Shown here: one piece after another, positions 1 to 8,943 of the stretch
Numbering within the stretch: position 1 is the first letter of the stretch
How the letters are laid out: the number at the start of each line of letters is the position of its first letter
Assembly (NCBI GenBank): GCA_045106415.1
Contig: JBGCEP010000004.1
Location: forward strand, 32,001-96,000
Source: Oligoflexales bacterium
GTDB lineage: Bacteria > Bdellovibrionota_B > Oligoflexia > Oligoflexales > Bog-1112
Direction: 5' to 3'
DNA: 64,000 nucleotides
Program-made: the position numbers and the translations under genes
The notes under the pieces: generated by a model
The model's input: the letters and a program-made list of their open reading frames with translations, nothing else
What the model was told of the DNA's origin: nothing
Database searches by the model: none

Positions 1-526
1 GAATTGGCAATAAAAATCGACAGACGATATCGGGCTCTTGTGATTATGATTTGTTGATAAAAGATGAAAACAGGAATACGTCTTTTTAAGACGAGCTCAA
101 GGTCCGGATATTGGCAAGAGCTTGTAAAAAATTCATCCCATGAATTCCATACAAAATTTTTAAAAAAAATGTGAGCAGCTTCAAACAACTTATAGAATAT
201 TCTTTGTTTTTACCATAATGCTCTTTTCTTTTTTTGGTCGTATAGCAATGTTCTAGAATCTTTGTGCTGACCTCTGAATGGGCTCCGTTTAAAGGATATT
301 CATTACGACCTCGGTAGAGATGAATGATGATATTTTTGCCTTTAAATTCAAAGTGCTTCGATTTTATCCCGGTTTCTCCACTTTAAATGGTTCTCCCTTG
401 CGTGCAATAATGTATTTATTGGTAGAGGTTTAAGCTGTTTAACATTAGGTTCGTAGTCACCTAGAGCGCCTTGAACAACTATTGTTTTTAGATGAAGGCT
501 GATAGCAGCACATTAAAAAATCTCAT
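1..526 (-). pseudogene. Possible degraded gene for a secreted protein (fragmented open frames)
   Basis: ATG at 526 (MRFFNVLLSAFI*) then open stretches in shifted frames (KTIVVQGALGDYEPN..., GETGIKSKHFEFKGKN...); sigma28-like motif upstream at 603-628. Confidence 0.3.
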
Positions 527-602
527 TTTTTCTGTCACGAACAAGGATGCTTAAGCGCGTGAAATCATAAAGTTTTCTATGAAAGAGTTGTGTTTTTTAT
601 AT

Positions 603-628
603 CTATCGGCGAAGCGATTTTTCTTTTA
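603..628 (-). promoter_or_regulatory. sigma28 (FliA)-like promoter
   Basis: TAAA-N14-GCCGATAG on minus strand vs consensus TAAA-N15-GCCGATAA. Confidence 0.45.
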
Positions 629-897
629 GGCGTCGCTATCTTAACTCTTCGCAGGTGGGATAAAGAAAAAACCTTAGAACCGCCATACAAAACACCAGGT
701 AGTCGTCGCAGGTGTGATTATCAAAATATTTAAAAATTTGTTGGCAAGAAACAGCAGCCGTTAAAAAGAATCCGACTTTGATATGCACGCTTCAGCTCAC
801 CAGATCAAAAGCAGGACCTTGTTCGGGTGACAGTAGAGCGGTTGTTTTTATTTGTCGGAACGAACCTTAAGTCGCACTAAGGAATCGCTGCCTTGAT

Positions 898-2094
898 TTA
901 AGAAGTTTTCTTTTTTGCATTTAAAGCATTTGTGATGACTTCCATGGTTTTGATTCCTTTGTCGTATGCTGGTGATAATTCTAAACAGCGTTTTAAACAG
1001 GTTCTTGCTTCTTCGAAGTCTTGGCGTGTTTTTCTGCCTTTGTAGGCAAGGGCCATGTTGTAATAAATTCGGTAGTTTTCTTTGAATTTAGGGAAGAAAC
1101 TTAGTGCTGTTTCATATTCATTCAGGGCTTGTTGAGTATCCCCATTTTTAGACATTTCTACGCCTCGGTTATTATAGTAGCGAACTATTTCCATAGGAGT
1201 TGCAGTGTTTTGACCAAGCTCTTTAGCCTGATCGTGAAAGCCTGCTCTTTGAAGTTTACCAATCGCTTCAAATTTATAATCAGGGACTTCTGGGGTGTGT
1301 CCAATGAGTTGAGTAAATAATTTTACAGACTGCTCGGGAGAACTAAGCTGAATATAGCTTTCAGCCATTGTGCTCATTCGTTGAAGCTGCCCTGGAGCGT
1401 TTTTGTGTAGCTTTTCCATGATAGAAACAGAAACGTCGTAGTGGCCCAAGTGGTACTCAAGTTGGGCCTGCAAATTTAAGAGGCGAGGGTTGTCGGGGTC
1501 TTTGGATAGTTGGCCTGTGACAAGCTGCAGAGCATCCTGGTAATTTTCCGCTCGGATATAAAGATCAACCATGAGATTAAGTGCGCGTTGACCTATTTGT
1601 GATAAGTGGGATCGCACCGTTGATAAAGCTTCTTGTAGGCCGCTTTTCTCCAGTGTTTGGTAAGCTTCGGTTGCAATAGTTTCATAAAGTATAGCGCGTT
1701 TTTTATTATTGTAGGCTTTAGCTAATAATGACAAAAGTTGCGGGTGATTAATTGGTTTTTTGACAATTTCAATATCTCCGAGCTCTTTTAGCAATGCACT
1801 GGCTTCAGCTGAAAAAGATCCGCTTTGAAAAATCATCATTCCGGTTGTTCTTCGGCCTTCATCTGCATTTTTGCGCCATTTTTGTATGAGAGCAAGGCCA
1901 GGAACGTCTTCTAAAGCTTGTTCAAGTATCGCGCAGTCAAAGCGAGTTTGTTCGTATAAATATAGAGCGCTGTTGCCATCTATTGCTTTTTGAACATTGA
2001 TTTTTTGACGCATGAGATTGTTTGTGATTCCGTTCGAGACAGAAGCATCTTGATCGACAACCAGGACTTTACTGGGAAGCTCGCTCATTTTCAT
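898..2094 (-). CDS. Atypical response-regulator receiver + TPR protein
   Basis: N-terminal REC fold (KVLVVDQD, DCAILE, KKP) followed by TPR repeats (YYNNRGVEM, YYNMALAY, CLELSPAY). Confidence 0.85.
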   Translation of the reverse strand: MKMSELPSKVLVVDQDASVSNGITNNLMRQKINVQKAIDGNSALYLYEQTRFDCAILEQALEDVPGLALIQKWRKNADEGRRTTGMMIFQSGSFSAEASALLKELGDIEIVKKPINHPQLLSLLAKAYNNKKRAILYETIATEAYQTLEKSGLQEALSTVRSHLSQIGQRALNLMVDLYIRAENYQDALQLVTGQLSKDPDNPRLLNLQAQLEYHLGHYDVSVSIMEKLHKNAPGQLQRMSTMAESYIQLSSPEQSVKLFTQLIGHTPEVPDYKFEAIGKLQRAGFHDQAKELGQNTATPMEIVRYYNNRGVEMSKNGDTQQALNEYETALSFFPKFKENYRIYYNMALAYKGRKTRQDFEEARTCLKRCLELSPAYDKGIKTMEVITNALNAKKKTS

Positions 2095-2167
2095 ATTCCT
2101 CTAAGATCTGTATCATTCTAACACAGAGTGTCATCGTTCAGGTGTAAAGACCAAATGGGAGGCAAGT

Positions 2168-3211
2168 GTGCGTATTGGGGTTTGTACGGGTGGTGGAGAT
2201 TGCCCAGGGTTGAATGCAGCGATTCGAGCTGTTGTGAAATACGGTCTACAGCATGGCCATCAAATGATAGGTGTTTTAGATAGTTATCATGGGATGATGT
2301 CTGACCCTCTTCATGTAAGGACTTTAGACTGGACGGATGTGAGTGAGATTTTACACCGTGGTGGCACGATTTTAGGCACGCATAATAGTGGAACAACTTT
2401 TTCTGATAAAGACGCTATTAAAAGAGCAGTGTCTGGGTATACATCTCTTCAACTGGATGCGTTGGTTGTCATAGGTGGTGAAGGGACACAAGAAATGGCT
2501 CGTAAGCTGATTGAAGCAGGGCTAAATATTGTTGGAGTTCCTAAGACAATTGATAATGATCTGCCCGGAACAGAAAGAACCATTGGTTTTACTTCATGTG
2601 TCGACCTTGTTGCTGACTCTATTGAAAGGCTTCACTCTACGGCTGAATCTCATGACCGAGTTATGGTGCTAGAAGTGATGGGGCGCGATTCAGGGTATAT
2701 TGCTGCATATGGAGGAATTGCAGGAGGAGCAAATGTTGTGCTTATTCCCGAGATTCCATTTCATTATGAGAAAGTTTGCGAGAAAATACAGCGCAGAAAA
2801 GATCTTGGGCGAACTTATTCCGTTGTCGTTGTTGCTGAAGGAGCAAAGCCTGTTGCTGGAGAAGCTCTTTATAAAAAACACCAAGGAAATGAACGTCTAG
2901 GGGGTATTGGAGAGGTTCTAGCTCATGAACTTTATCGACAAACCTCAATGGAAACTCGAGTCACCGTACTGGGCCACCTGCAAAGAGGTGGCCACCCTTC
3001 AGCTGAAGATCGTTTACTTGCTACTCGATTAGGGTGTAGAGCTCTTGAACTGGTTCATGAGAAGAAATTTGGAATGATTGTTGGCTCACAAGGAGATAAA
3101 GTCGCGGAGTATTATTATAAAGATATCCAACCTGGAGCTCGAAGAGTGCTAAAGCCAGATAATGATCTTCTAAGGTTTGCTGAAGGGATTGGTATTAGTT
3201 TTGGCCGCTGA
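2168..3211 (+). CDS. pfkA: 6-phosphofructokinase (PfkA family, group III-like)
   Basis: TGGGDCPGLNAAIRA, GGTILGT, PKTIDND, EVMGR, LGHLQRGG; GTG start with GGAGG RBS. Confidence 0.95.
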   Translation: MRIGVCTGGGDCPGLNAAIRAVVKYGLQHGHQMIGVLDSYHGMMSDPLHVRTLDWTDVSEILHRGGTILGTHNSGTTFSDKDAIKRAVSGYTSLQLDALVVIGGEGTQEMARKLIEAGLNIVGVPKTIDNDLPGTERTIGFTSCVDLVADSIERLHSTAESHDRVMVLEVMGRDSGYIAAYGGIAGGANVVLIPEIPFHYEKVCEKIQRRKDLGRTYSVVVVAEGAKPVAGEALYKKHQGNERLGGIGEVLAHELYRQTSMETRVTVLGHLQRGGHPSAEDRLLATRLGCRALELVHEKKFGMIVGSQGDKVAEYYYKDIQPGARRVLKPDNDLLRFAEGIGISFGR

Positions 3212-3214
3212 TTG

Positions 3215-3847
3215 TTATTGCAGTGGCAAGAGGTGCTCAATTGAGAGTTGCATTGTGAACTGGGTATGAGAAGCGATCGAGTCAGTTGGGTGTGAGTTAA
3301 AGCGGTGGACAGTAAAGTCTAGGAGGCCATTGACGCCTAGACGAGTCGATTCTGTGAAAGGAAATAACCCACCATATCCAACTCTGAAAAGTGAAAGCAG
3401 AGAAGACCCTGTCTGCTCTTCACTTTTCCACTGCCCTTTTGCAAGCCCCACCCCAGCAATCCATGCAAGTGAAATGTTTTTTTGAGTCTTTGTCCCATAA
3501 TGCATGACGAAGTTAACACCGATATCTTGGTCGATGGAAACCTTGCCTGAGGCAATATGGCCTGTTTGAGCTTCTGCCCTGAGGTTTAAGAAATTCCAAG
3601 CAGAGAGAGGTTTTGTGTATCCAATACTCACGCCTGAGTACCAAGCTGGTGATAAAGAAGAACCATCGTTTGGTCTTGACTGGCCAATATTACTGTGCAG
3701 TCCAATGGAAAGGTTTGGTTTTTTTGATATGGGCTGAAAAAGAGGTGGTGAAGAAGGAGCTTCCCACTCCTCGTTTGATTGAGCTGTTAATGGAGAAAAG
3801 GAAAAAAATAAAATAATGGTACATACTTTTGACAATGGTGTGAGCAT
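3215..3847 (-). CDS. Secreted hypothetical protein, probable small outer-membrane beta-barrel
   Basis: Signal peptide; alternating Gly/aromatic beta-strand pattern (GVSIGYT, GVGLAKG, FRVGYGG). Confidence 0.55.
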   Translation of the reverse strand: MLTPLSKVCTIILFFSFSPLTAQSNEEWEAPSSPPLFQPISKKPNLSIGLHSNIGQSRPNDGSSLSPAWYSGVSIGYTKPLSAWNFLNLRAEAQTGHIASGKVSIDQDIGVNFVMHYGTKTQKNISLAWIAGVGLAKGQWKSEEQTGSSLLSLFRVGYGGLFPFTESTRLGVNGLLDFTVHRFNSHPTDSIASHTQFTMQLSIEHLLPLQ

Positions 3848-4242
3848 GATGAGTCTTCCTATTTAAACATGGATTTATTTTTATTATAAAGCATGTGTCA
3901 ACTTGTTAAATGGTTATAAAAGCTTACGGCTTAATGAACTCGTTGTTGATATAATTTTTGTGCTTATGTGTTTTAAAATCAATGCTTTACTAAATCTTTT
4001 CAGTTTTGACAAAGATTTTTGCAGCTTCCGCTGTCAGCCTGTAACCTTTCTTAGGTATTGAGTTTTGTGAAAGAGGTGATGCTCCATGGTAAAGACGCAA
4101 GCTTGTGAAGTCTGAGCTGAGAAGAAGCAGTTGTGGCTTTAGCAGTTGAAATTTGACAGAGGATCTTATATACAGAGTTTTACCTCCATCTTGAAATGAT
4201 GGTTGTATACAAGACTTAGCATTGCCTTGACAGGGAGAAAAT

Positions 4243-4404
4243 ATGGCTTCTGCAACAAAAAAACTTAAGGTTCGCCGCCTTTTAACAATTGCTCGTCGTG
4301 CTCGTAAGCGTAAAAATCACGTGAATCGTTTTGGTACAACAGCTCCAAGCTTGCCTTTGAATGTTCCAAACGCGAACGAAAAAGCGATGTTGGCAGCACG
4401 CTAA
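4243..4404 (+). CDS. Small highly basic protein, 53 aa (not in ORF track)
   Basis: MASATKKLKVRRLLTIARRARKRKNHVNRFGTTAPSLPLNVPNANEKAMLAAR; GGGAGA RBS; CGT/GCT/AAA-rich codons; hairpin directly downstream. Confidence 0.8.
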   Translation: MASATKKLKVRRLLTIARRARKRKNHVNRFGTTAPSLPLNVPNANEKAMLAAR

Positions 4405-4413
4405 TTTGAGTGT

Positions 4414-4440
4414 TCGGAGTTTTTGACTCCGATTCTCTTC
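4414..4440 (+). terminator. Probable intrinsic terminator of the small ORF
   Basis: TCGGAGT-TTTTG-ACTCCGA stem-loop followed by TTCTCTTC. Confidence 0.6.
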
Positions 4441-4525
4441 ATTCCCATTGAATTCTTCTTTTGTTCTTCTTTATTATCGCGCTAAACTCATTATTTCCAT
4501 TTTATAAAAATGCTTAGAGGTATGT

Positions 4526-5299
4526 ATGCAAGTTTCTCATACGGAAGCCGTTGGATTTCAGGGCTTTAAATGGGTCAAAGCATTTCATTTGATGTTGCTA
4601 CTTCTTACTGTGACTGCTTTACACTTTTTGTCGCTTTTGTACCAAAAAACTATCGTGCTCTTTTCAAGAGATCCAAATGCTGAAGATCGTATCCATGATG
4701 TGTGCTGTTCATGGGCTCGGACAGTTTTTCAATGGAGTCCTTGGTGGGATTTGGATTTAGATGGTCAAGAAAATTTGCCGCGAGATGACGAGCCCCGTGT
4801 TGTTGTCGTGAATCATGAAAGTGCCACGGATATCTTTACTTTATATTGGTTAGGACTGCAATTTCGTTGGCTAGCCAAGGCATCGGTCTTTCGTATCCCT
4901 ATTATAGGCACGGCCATGCGATGGGCGGGTTATATTCCTGTTCATAGAGGGCGTAAAACCTCACGTAAAGAAGCCATGTCTCGGAGTGCTGATGTTCTTA
5001 AAAAGGGGCGGTGCATGGCTTTTTTTCCGGAGGGGACGCGCTCTACAACTGGTGAATTTAGGCCTTTTAAACCAGGAGCTTTTAGGCTTTCTGTCTCAGA
5101 AAATGTGGAGATTCTACCTGTTGTTTTGCGAGGAGCTGGAGATTTATTGAAAAAAGGTTCTATTGTTCCTCAAAGGGCAGTGATCAGCATGAGTGTTCTA
5201 CCCCCAATGAAAGCTGCAGAGGGTGAGTCCATTGAAGACTTTACAGAACGCGTGAGAAACAAGATGATTGATGTGCATAAGCTCCCAACGCACAGCTGA
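4526..5299 (+). CDS. plsC: 1-acyl-sn-glycerol-3-phosphate acyltransferase
   Basis: NHESATD (NHxxxxD) and FFPEGTRS motifs. Confidence 0.9.
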   Translation: MQVSHTEAVGFQGFKWVKAFHLMLLLLTVTALHFLSLLYQKTIVLFSRDPNAEDRIHDVCCSWARTVFQWSPWWDLDLDGQENLPRDDEPRVVVVNHESATDIFTLYWLGLQFRWLAKASVFRIPIIGTAMRWAGYIPVHRGRKTSRKEAMSRSADVLKKGRCMAFFPEGTRSTTGEFRPFKPGAFRLSVSENVEILPVVLRGAGDLLKKGSIVPQRAVISMSVLPPMKAAEGESIEDFTERVRNKMIDVHKLPTHS

Positions 5300-5338
5300 T
5301 GGTGCTATTCTAACCTTGTGAATGAATGAGGTGGAATT

Positions 5339-5959
5339 ATGAAGCATTTTATTTTTGATTTTGATGGTACGTTGGTCGATTCTCGATATCTTGTGTGGGA
5401 GTATATTGAGGATCGAGCAAATGACCGTAAGTTAACTCCTGAAGATTTAAGGGAATACAGCGCTACTGAGGTGATACCTGCTTTGGGAATTAAGCCATGG
5501 GAAGTACCGCAGTTGATGATTCAAGTGCGCAGAGCTTTTTTAGAGCGCCTTGATCAGCAGCCTATTATTGAGGGTGTTGTAGAGTGCTTTCGAGAGTTAA
5601 GAAAACAAGGGCACTGTATTCACGTTGTGTCATCTAATGCTAAAGAAAATATAGATAAATTTTTACAGTTGCATGAAATTGATGATTGCGTTGATCGAGT
5701 GATCAGTTTTTTTGGCTTATTTGGCAAAGCTAAAATTCTGAGAAATTTAATGAGGGACCTACAAGCAACCCCTGGTGATGTTATGTATATTGGAGATGAA
5801 ACTCGAGATATTGTTGCCGCTCAAAAAGCAAAGATATCCAGCTTAGCAGTGACATGGGGGTATAACTCGGAGAATGTCCTTGCTGCAACGGATCCAAGTT
5901 TTTTAGCGAGAAATCCATCTGAAATGATAGGTATTTTGTCAAAACGAGGCGAGTTGTGA
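5339..5959 (+). CDS. HAD-family hydrolase (phosphoglycolate phosphatase-like)
   Basis: FDFDGTLVDS, VSSN, YIGDETRD, VTWGYN. Confidence 0.9.
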   Translation: MKHFIFDFDGTLVDSRYLVWEYIEDRANDRKLTPEDLREYSATEVIPALGIKPWEVPQLMIQVRRAFLERLDQQPIIEGVVECFRELRKQGHCIHVVSSNAKENIDKFLQLHEIDDCVDRVISFFGLFGKAKILRNLMRDLQATPGDVMYIGDETRDIVAAQKAKISSLAVTWGYNSENVLAATDPSFLARNPSEMIGILSKRGEL

Positions 5960-6702
5960 ACCCTGTCCACCTGATTCCAATGCGAGAAGATAACTATACT
6001 TTTGCTATCCAAAGTAAGCTAAGCCCGAAAAAAGTTCTTATTATTGATCCCTCTACTGAAAAAATTGTCGATGAGATCAAACGACGAAAATGGACAGTTG
6101 TCGGGATTTTTAATACACACCATCATTATGATCATGTGGGTGGGAATCAAGAACTCGCTTCAAAATGGGAATGCCCGGTTTATGGAGCTGATCTTGATAG
6201 AGAACAAATTCCTGCTTTAAGTCATAGTTTAAAAGATGGCGATAAAATAGAAATCGCAGGATGGAAGATAAGAGTTTTAGCGACTCCAGGTCATACTCTT
6301 GGGGCCTTGTGTTTTATTTTCGATGAAATCAAGGCTGTTTTTGTTGGAGATACGATGTTTGCTATGGGATGTGGGCGGTTGTTCGAAGGATCCCCACAGC
6401 AGATGCTGGAAAGTTTACTCAAAATAGGATCCTTACCTGAGGATTATAAAATTTATTGTGGACATGAGTATACGGAGCAAAATGTACGTTTTGCTCTTTC
6501 GGTTGAATCATCGTCTTTTTTAAAAAAATATGCTGAAGGTATAAAAAATATCCGACGGGCACAAAGGCCCACTATTCCAACTCAAGTGTCTGATGAGTGG
6601 CAAGGAAACCCCTTTTTAAGAGTTACTCTACCGTCAAAGCATTGTACTGACGATGCTGTGAAAAATTTCACGCTTTTGCGTGAAAGAAAAGATGTATTTT
6701 AG
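5956..6702 (+). CDS. gloB: Hydroxyacylglutathione hydrolase (glyoxalase II)
   Basis: THHHYDHVGG, TPGHT, GDTMF..GCGRLFEG, CGHEYT, NPFLR. Confidence 0.93.
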   Translation: MNPVHLIPMREDNYTFAIQSKLSPKKVLIIDPSTEKIVDEIKRRKWTVVGIFNTHHHYDHVGGNQELASKWECPVYGADLDREQIPALSHSLKDGDKIEIAGWKIRVLATPGHTLGALCFIFDEIKAVFVGDTMFAMGCGRLFEGSPQQMLESLLKIGSLPEDYKIYCGHEYTEQNVRFALSVESSSFLKKYAEGIKNIRRAQRPTIPTQVSDEWQGNPFLRVTLPSKHCTDDAVKNFTLLRERKDVF

Positions 6703-6723
6703 GTCGATGGTAAATAAACTAAG

Positions 6724-8943
6724 TCAGTTGCCTGAACTTATCTTCAAAGCACAAGAGTTAAGTTCTGCAATGATTTTTTTTGATGTAATTGGTTTTGTGA
6801 CAAACCGATTCATGCCAGCAATAAAACATCTTTCTTTATCTTCAGGTAAGGCGTTTGCCGTCATTGCAATAATAATTGCATTTTTTGATGCATGATTTTC
6901 AGAGTTTCTAATCTGTGTGGTGGCATCAACACCATCCAAATTTGGCATCTGCATATCCATTAAAATCACATCGAATTTTTGATTTCTTGATTTTGTTACT
7001 GCTTCAACTCCATCATGAGCGAATACAAAAGAAAGTTTAAATTTTTCTAAAAAAGCACCTAAAATATCCCGATTTGTACTGTTGTCTTCAGCGACAAGTA
7101 TTTGTAGTTTTTGGGCTTCTGAGGTTAGTTTATGAGTATCGTTATTTTCTAAAATATGATTTTTTGTGAGACTCATTTCGATAGCAAAAGAAAAAGTAGT
7201 CCCTTCATTCTGTATAGAGTGGACATGTATTTCTGATCCCATAAGTTCAATAATGCGTTTGCAAATTGTTAAACCTAACCCTGTTCCACCATATCTACGA
7301 GTTGTAGAAGAGTCTTCTTGTTCAAAAGGCTGGAAAAGTTTGTTGAGGCGATGAGGGGAAATACCTATTCCTGTATCTTGCACAGAAAATTTTATTGTAT
7401 GGTGTGATTCTGTTTTCTTAATTGTTTCAACAGTTGTAAGGATATGACCTTCGTGCGTAAATTTCACAGAATTTCCGATAAGGTTTAATAAAATCTGGCT
7501 TAATCGCGTGGGATCACATAAAAGAAGAGGACTATCAAAATTTTTGAACTCAGTTCTTATTGCTACAGATTTTTTTTGACCTATAGAAATGAATATGAGC
7601 GCTACTTCTTGTGTAATTTTTTGAATATCAGATGGAAGACTTTCTAAAGAAAGTTTTTTTTCTTCGATTTTTGAAAAATCTAGAATATCACTAATAATAG
7701 AAAGTAAAAGTTTGCTGCTTTTTTCTATAACACGTAGCTTCTCTTTGGGGTAATTTGATGCTTCGTCGTTTATCATGAAATCAGCAGACCCAATTATACC
7801 ATTGAGGGGAGTGCGGATTTCATGGCTCATATTTGCTATGAATTCTGAGCGGGCTATTAAAGCTTGTTCTGCACGGTTTTTTTCTTTCTCTAAATCAGCA
7901 GTCCTGATTTTTACTTTTTCTTCAAGATGACTGTTTGCTTTTATATTTTCAGTGTTTTTTTCGTCAAATGCAATAGCAATAATTTCAAAATCATCATTGG
8001 AACCTATTGGGTAACAGCTGATATTGCCCTCTTTAAGGTGCGTGTTTTGAATTCTATCAACTAAAACTTCAATAGGTCCGCTAATAAGAAATCCTATTTT
8101 TTTTGCTAAATAAATAGATGTAAAAGTAGAAAATAAGATAGATAATAAAATTAGGACTATAGATGTAATTAATATTTGATAATAAGGGTTTTTTTCGTTG
8201 AAAACATTTATTTTTATATTTGGGCTTTTAATGATAGAGGTGTTTTTTGTGAAGTGAGAACTTCCTGCTTTATATAAGTTATTGATGTCTCTATCTGATG
8301 AGAATATTTTGATGTGATTATAATATAGTTCGAAGTATTCTTCTTTTTCATGCAATTTTTTTAGCGATAAATTTAAGTCGAAATAAGCTGCGAGAAAACC
8401 TTGTTTTTTACCATAGTATTGAATTGGAGCAACAAGGAACATAGAGTTTTTAGATAAAATTTTAAAAACTTTATGTTGTGAAGATTTTAAGACTATTTTG
8501 TCTTTAAATTCTTCTAAATAATTCTCTCCTGTGTAAGCAAGAAGAGATCCGTGATTATCAAAAATAGATAATCCTAATAAATCAGGTCTTTTTTTATCTT
8601 GAATAAAGCTATCAAAGCTTTGAAAATTGTATTCTAACAAGGAAGTAATAATCCTTGGTTCAGAGGCTAGGTTTTTTATTTGATTTGCAAGAATATCAAA
8701 AGTGATATCTATTTGTTGTGTTTTATGGTTTACGGCTATTCTGTCACTTTTTTTAATTTCATTTTGTAATGTATATAAATAAACAGATGAACTTAGAATA
8801 AATGATGTTGCCATCACCGAAATGAGTGAAAGAAAAACATAACGGTTTATTCTTTTGGAAAAACGACCTTTGTAAGAATTTACATTGTTATTTCCCAACA
8901 ATATCTCCATTTTTACTAAACTTTGCAAAATTAATATCTTCAC
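6724..8943 (-). CDS. Membrane hybrid sensor histidine kinase (periplasmic sensor-HisKA-HATPase-REC); real start may be ATG 8910
   Basis: Two TM segments, MSHEIRTPLNG, NLIGNSVKFT, GGTGLGL, receiver DVILMDMQMP. Confidence 0.93.
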   Translation of the reverse strand: MKILILQSLVKMEILLGNNNVNSYKGRFSKRINRYVFLSLISVMATSFILSSSVYLYTLQNEIKKSDRIAVNHKTQQIDITFDILANQIKNLASEPRIITSLLEYNFQSFDSFIQDKKRPDLLGLSIFDNHGSLLAYTGENYLEEFKDKIVLKSSQHKVFKILSKNSMFLVAPIQYYGKKQGFLAAYFDLNLSLKKLHEKEEYFELYYNHIKIFSSDRDINNLYKAGSSHFTKNTSIIKSPNIKINVFNEKNPYYQILITSIVLILLSILFSTFTSIYLAKKIGFLISGPIEVLVDRIQNTHLKEGNISCYPIGSNDDFEIIAIAFDEKNTENIKANSHLEEKVKIRTADLEKEKNRAEQALIARSEFIANMSHEIRTPLNGIIGSADFMINDEASNYPKEKLRVIEKSSKLLLSIISDILDFSKIEEKKLSLESLPSDIQKITQEVALIFISIGQKKSVAIRTEFKNFDSPLLLCDPTRLSQILLNLIGNSVKFTHEGHILTTVETIKKTESHHTIKFSVQDTGIGISPHRLNKLFQPFEQEDSSTTRRYGGTGLGLTICKRIIELMGSEIHVHSIQNEGTTFSFAIEMSLTKNHILENNDTHKLTSEAQKLQILVAEDNSTNRDILGAFLEKFKLSFVFAHDGVEAVTKSRNQKFDVILMDMQMPNLDGVDATTQIRNSENHASKNAIIIAMTANALPEDKERCFIAGMNRFVTKPITSKKIIAELNSCALKISSGN

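Noticed and set aside
590..733. 47-aa + strand ORF with a hydrophobic segment (GTG start)
   Set aside because: Weak RBS and overlap with an opposite-strand promoter motif; not enough support
4085..4135. c-di-GMP-I (GEMM) riboswitch-like words (GGTAAA, GACGCAA, GTCTGAG, CAGTTG)
   Set aside because: The GNRA-capped stem between GGYAAA and GACGCAAA is missing, so the aptamer cannot be built
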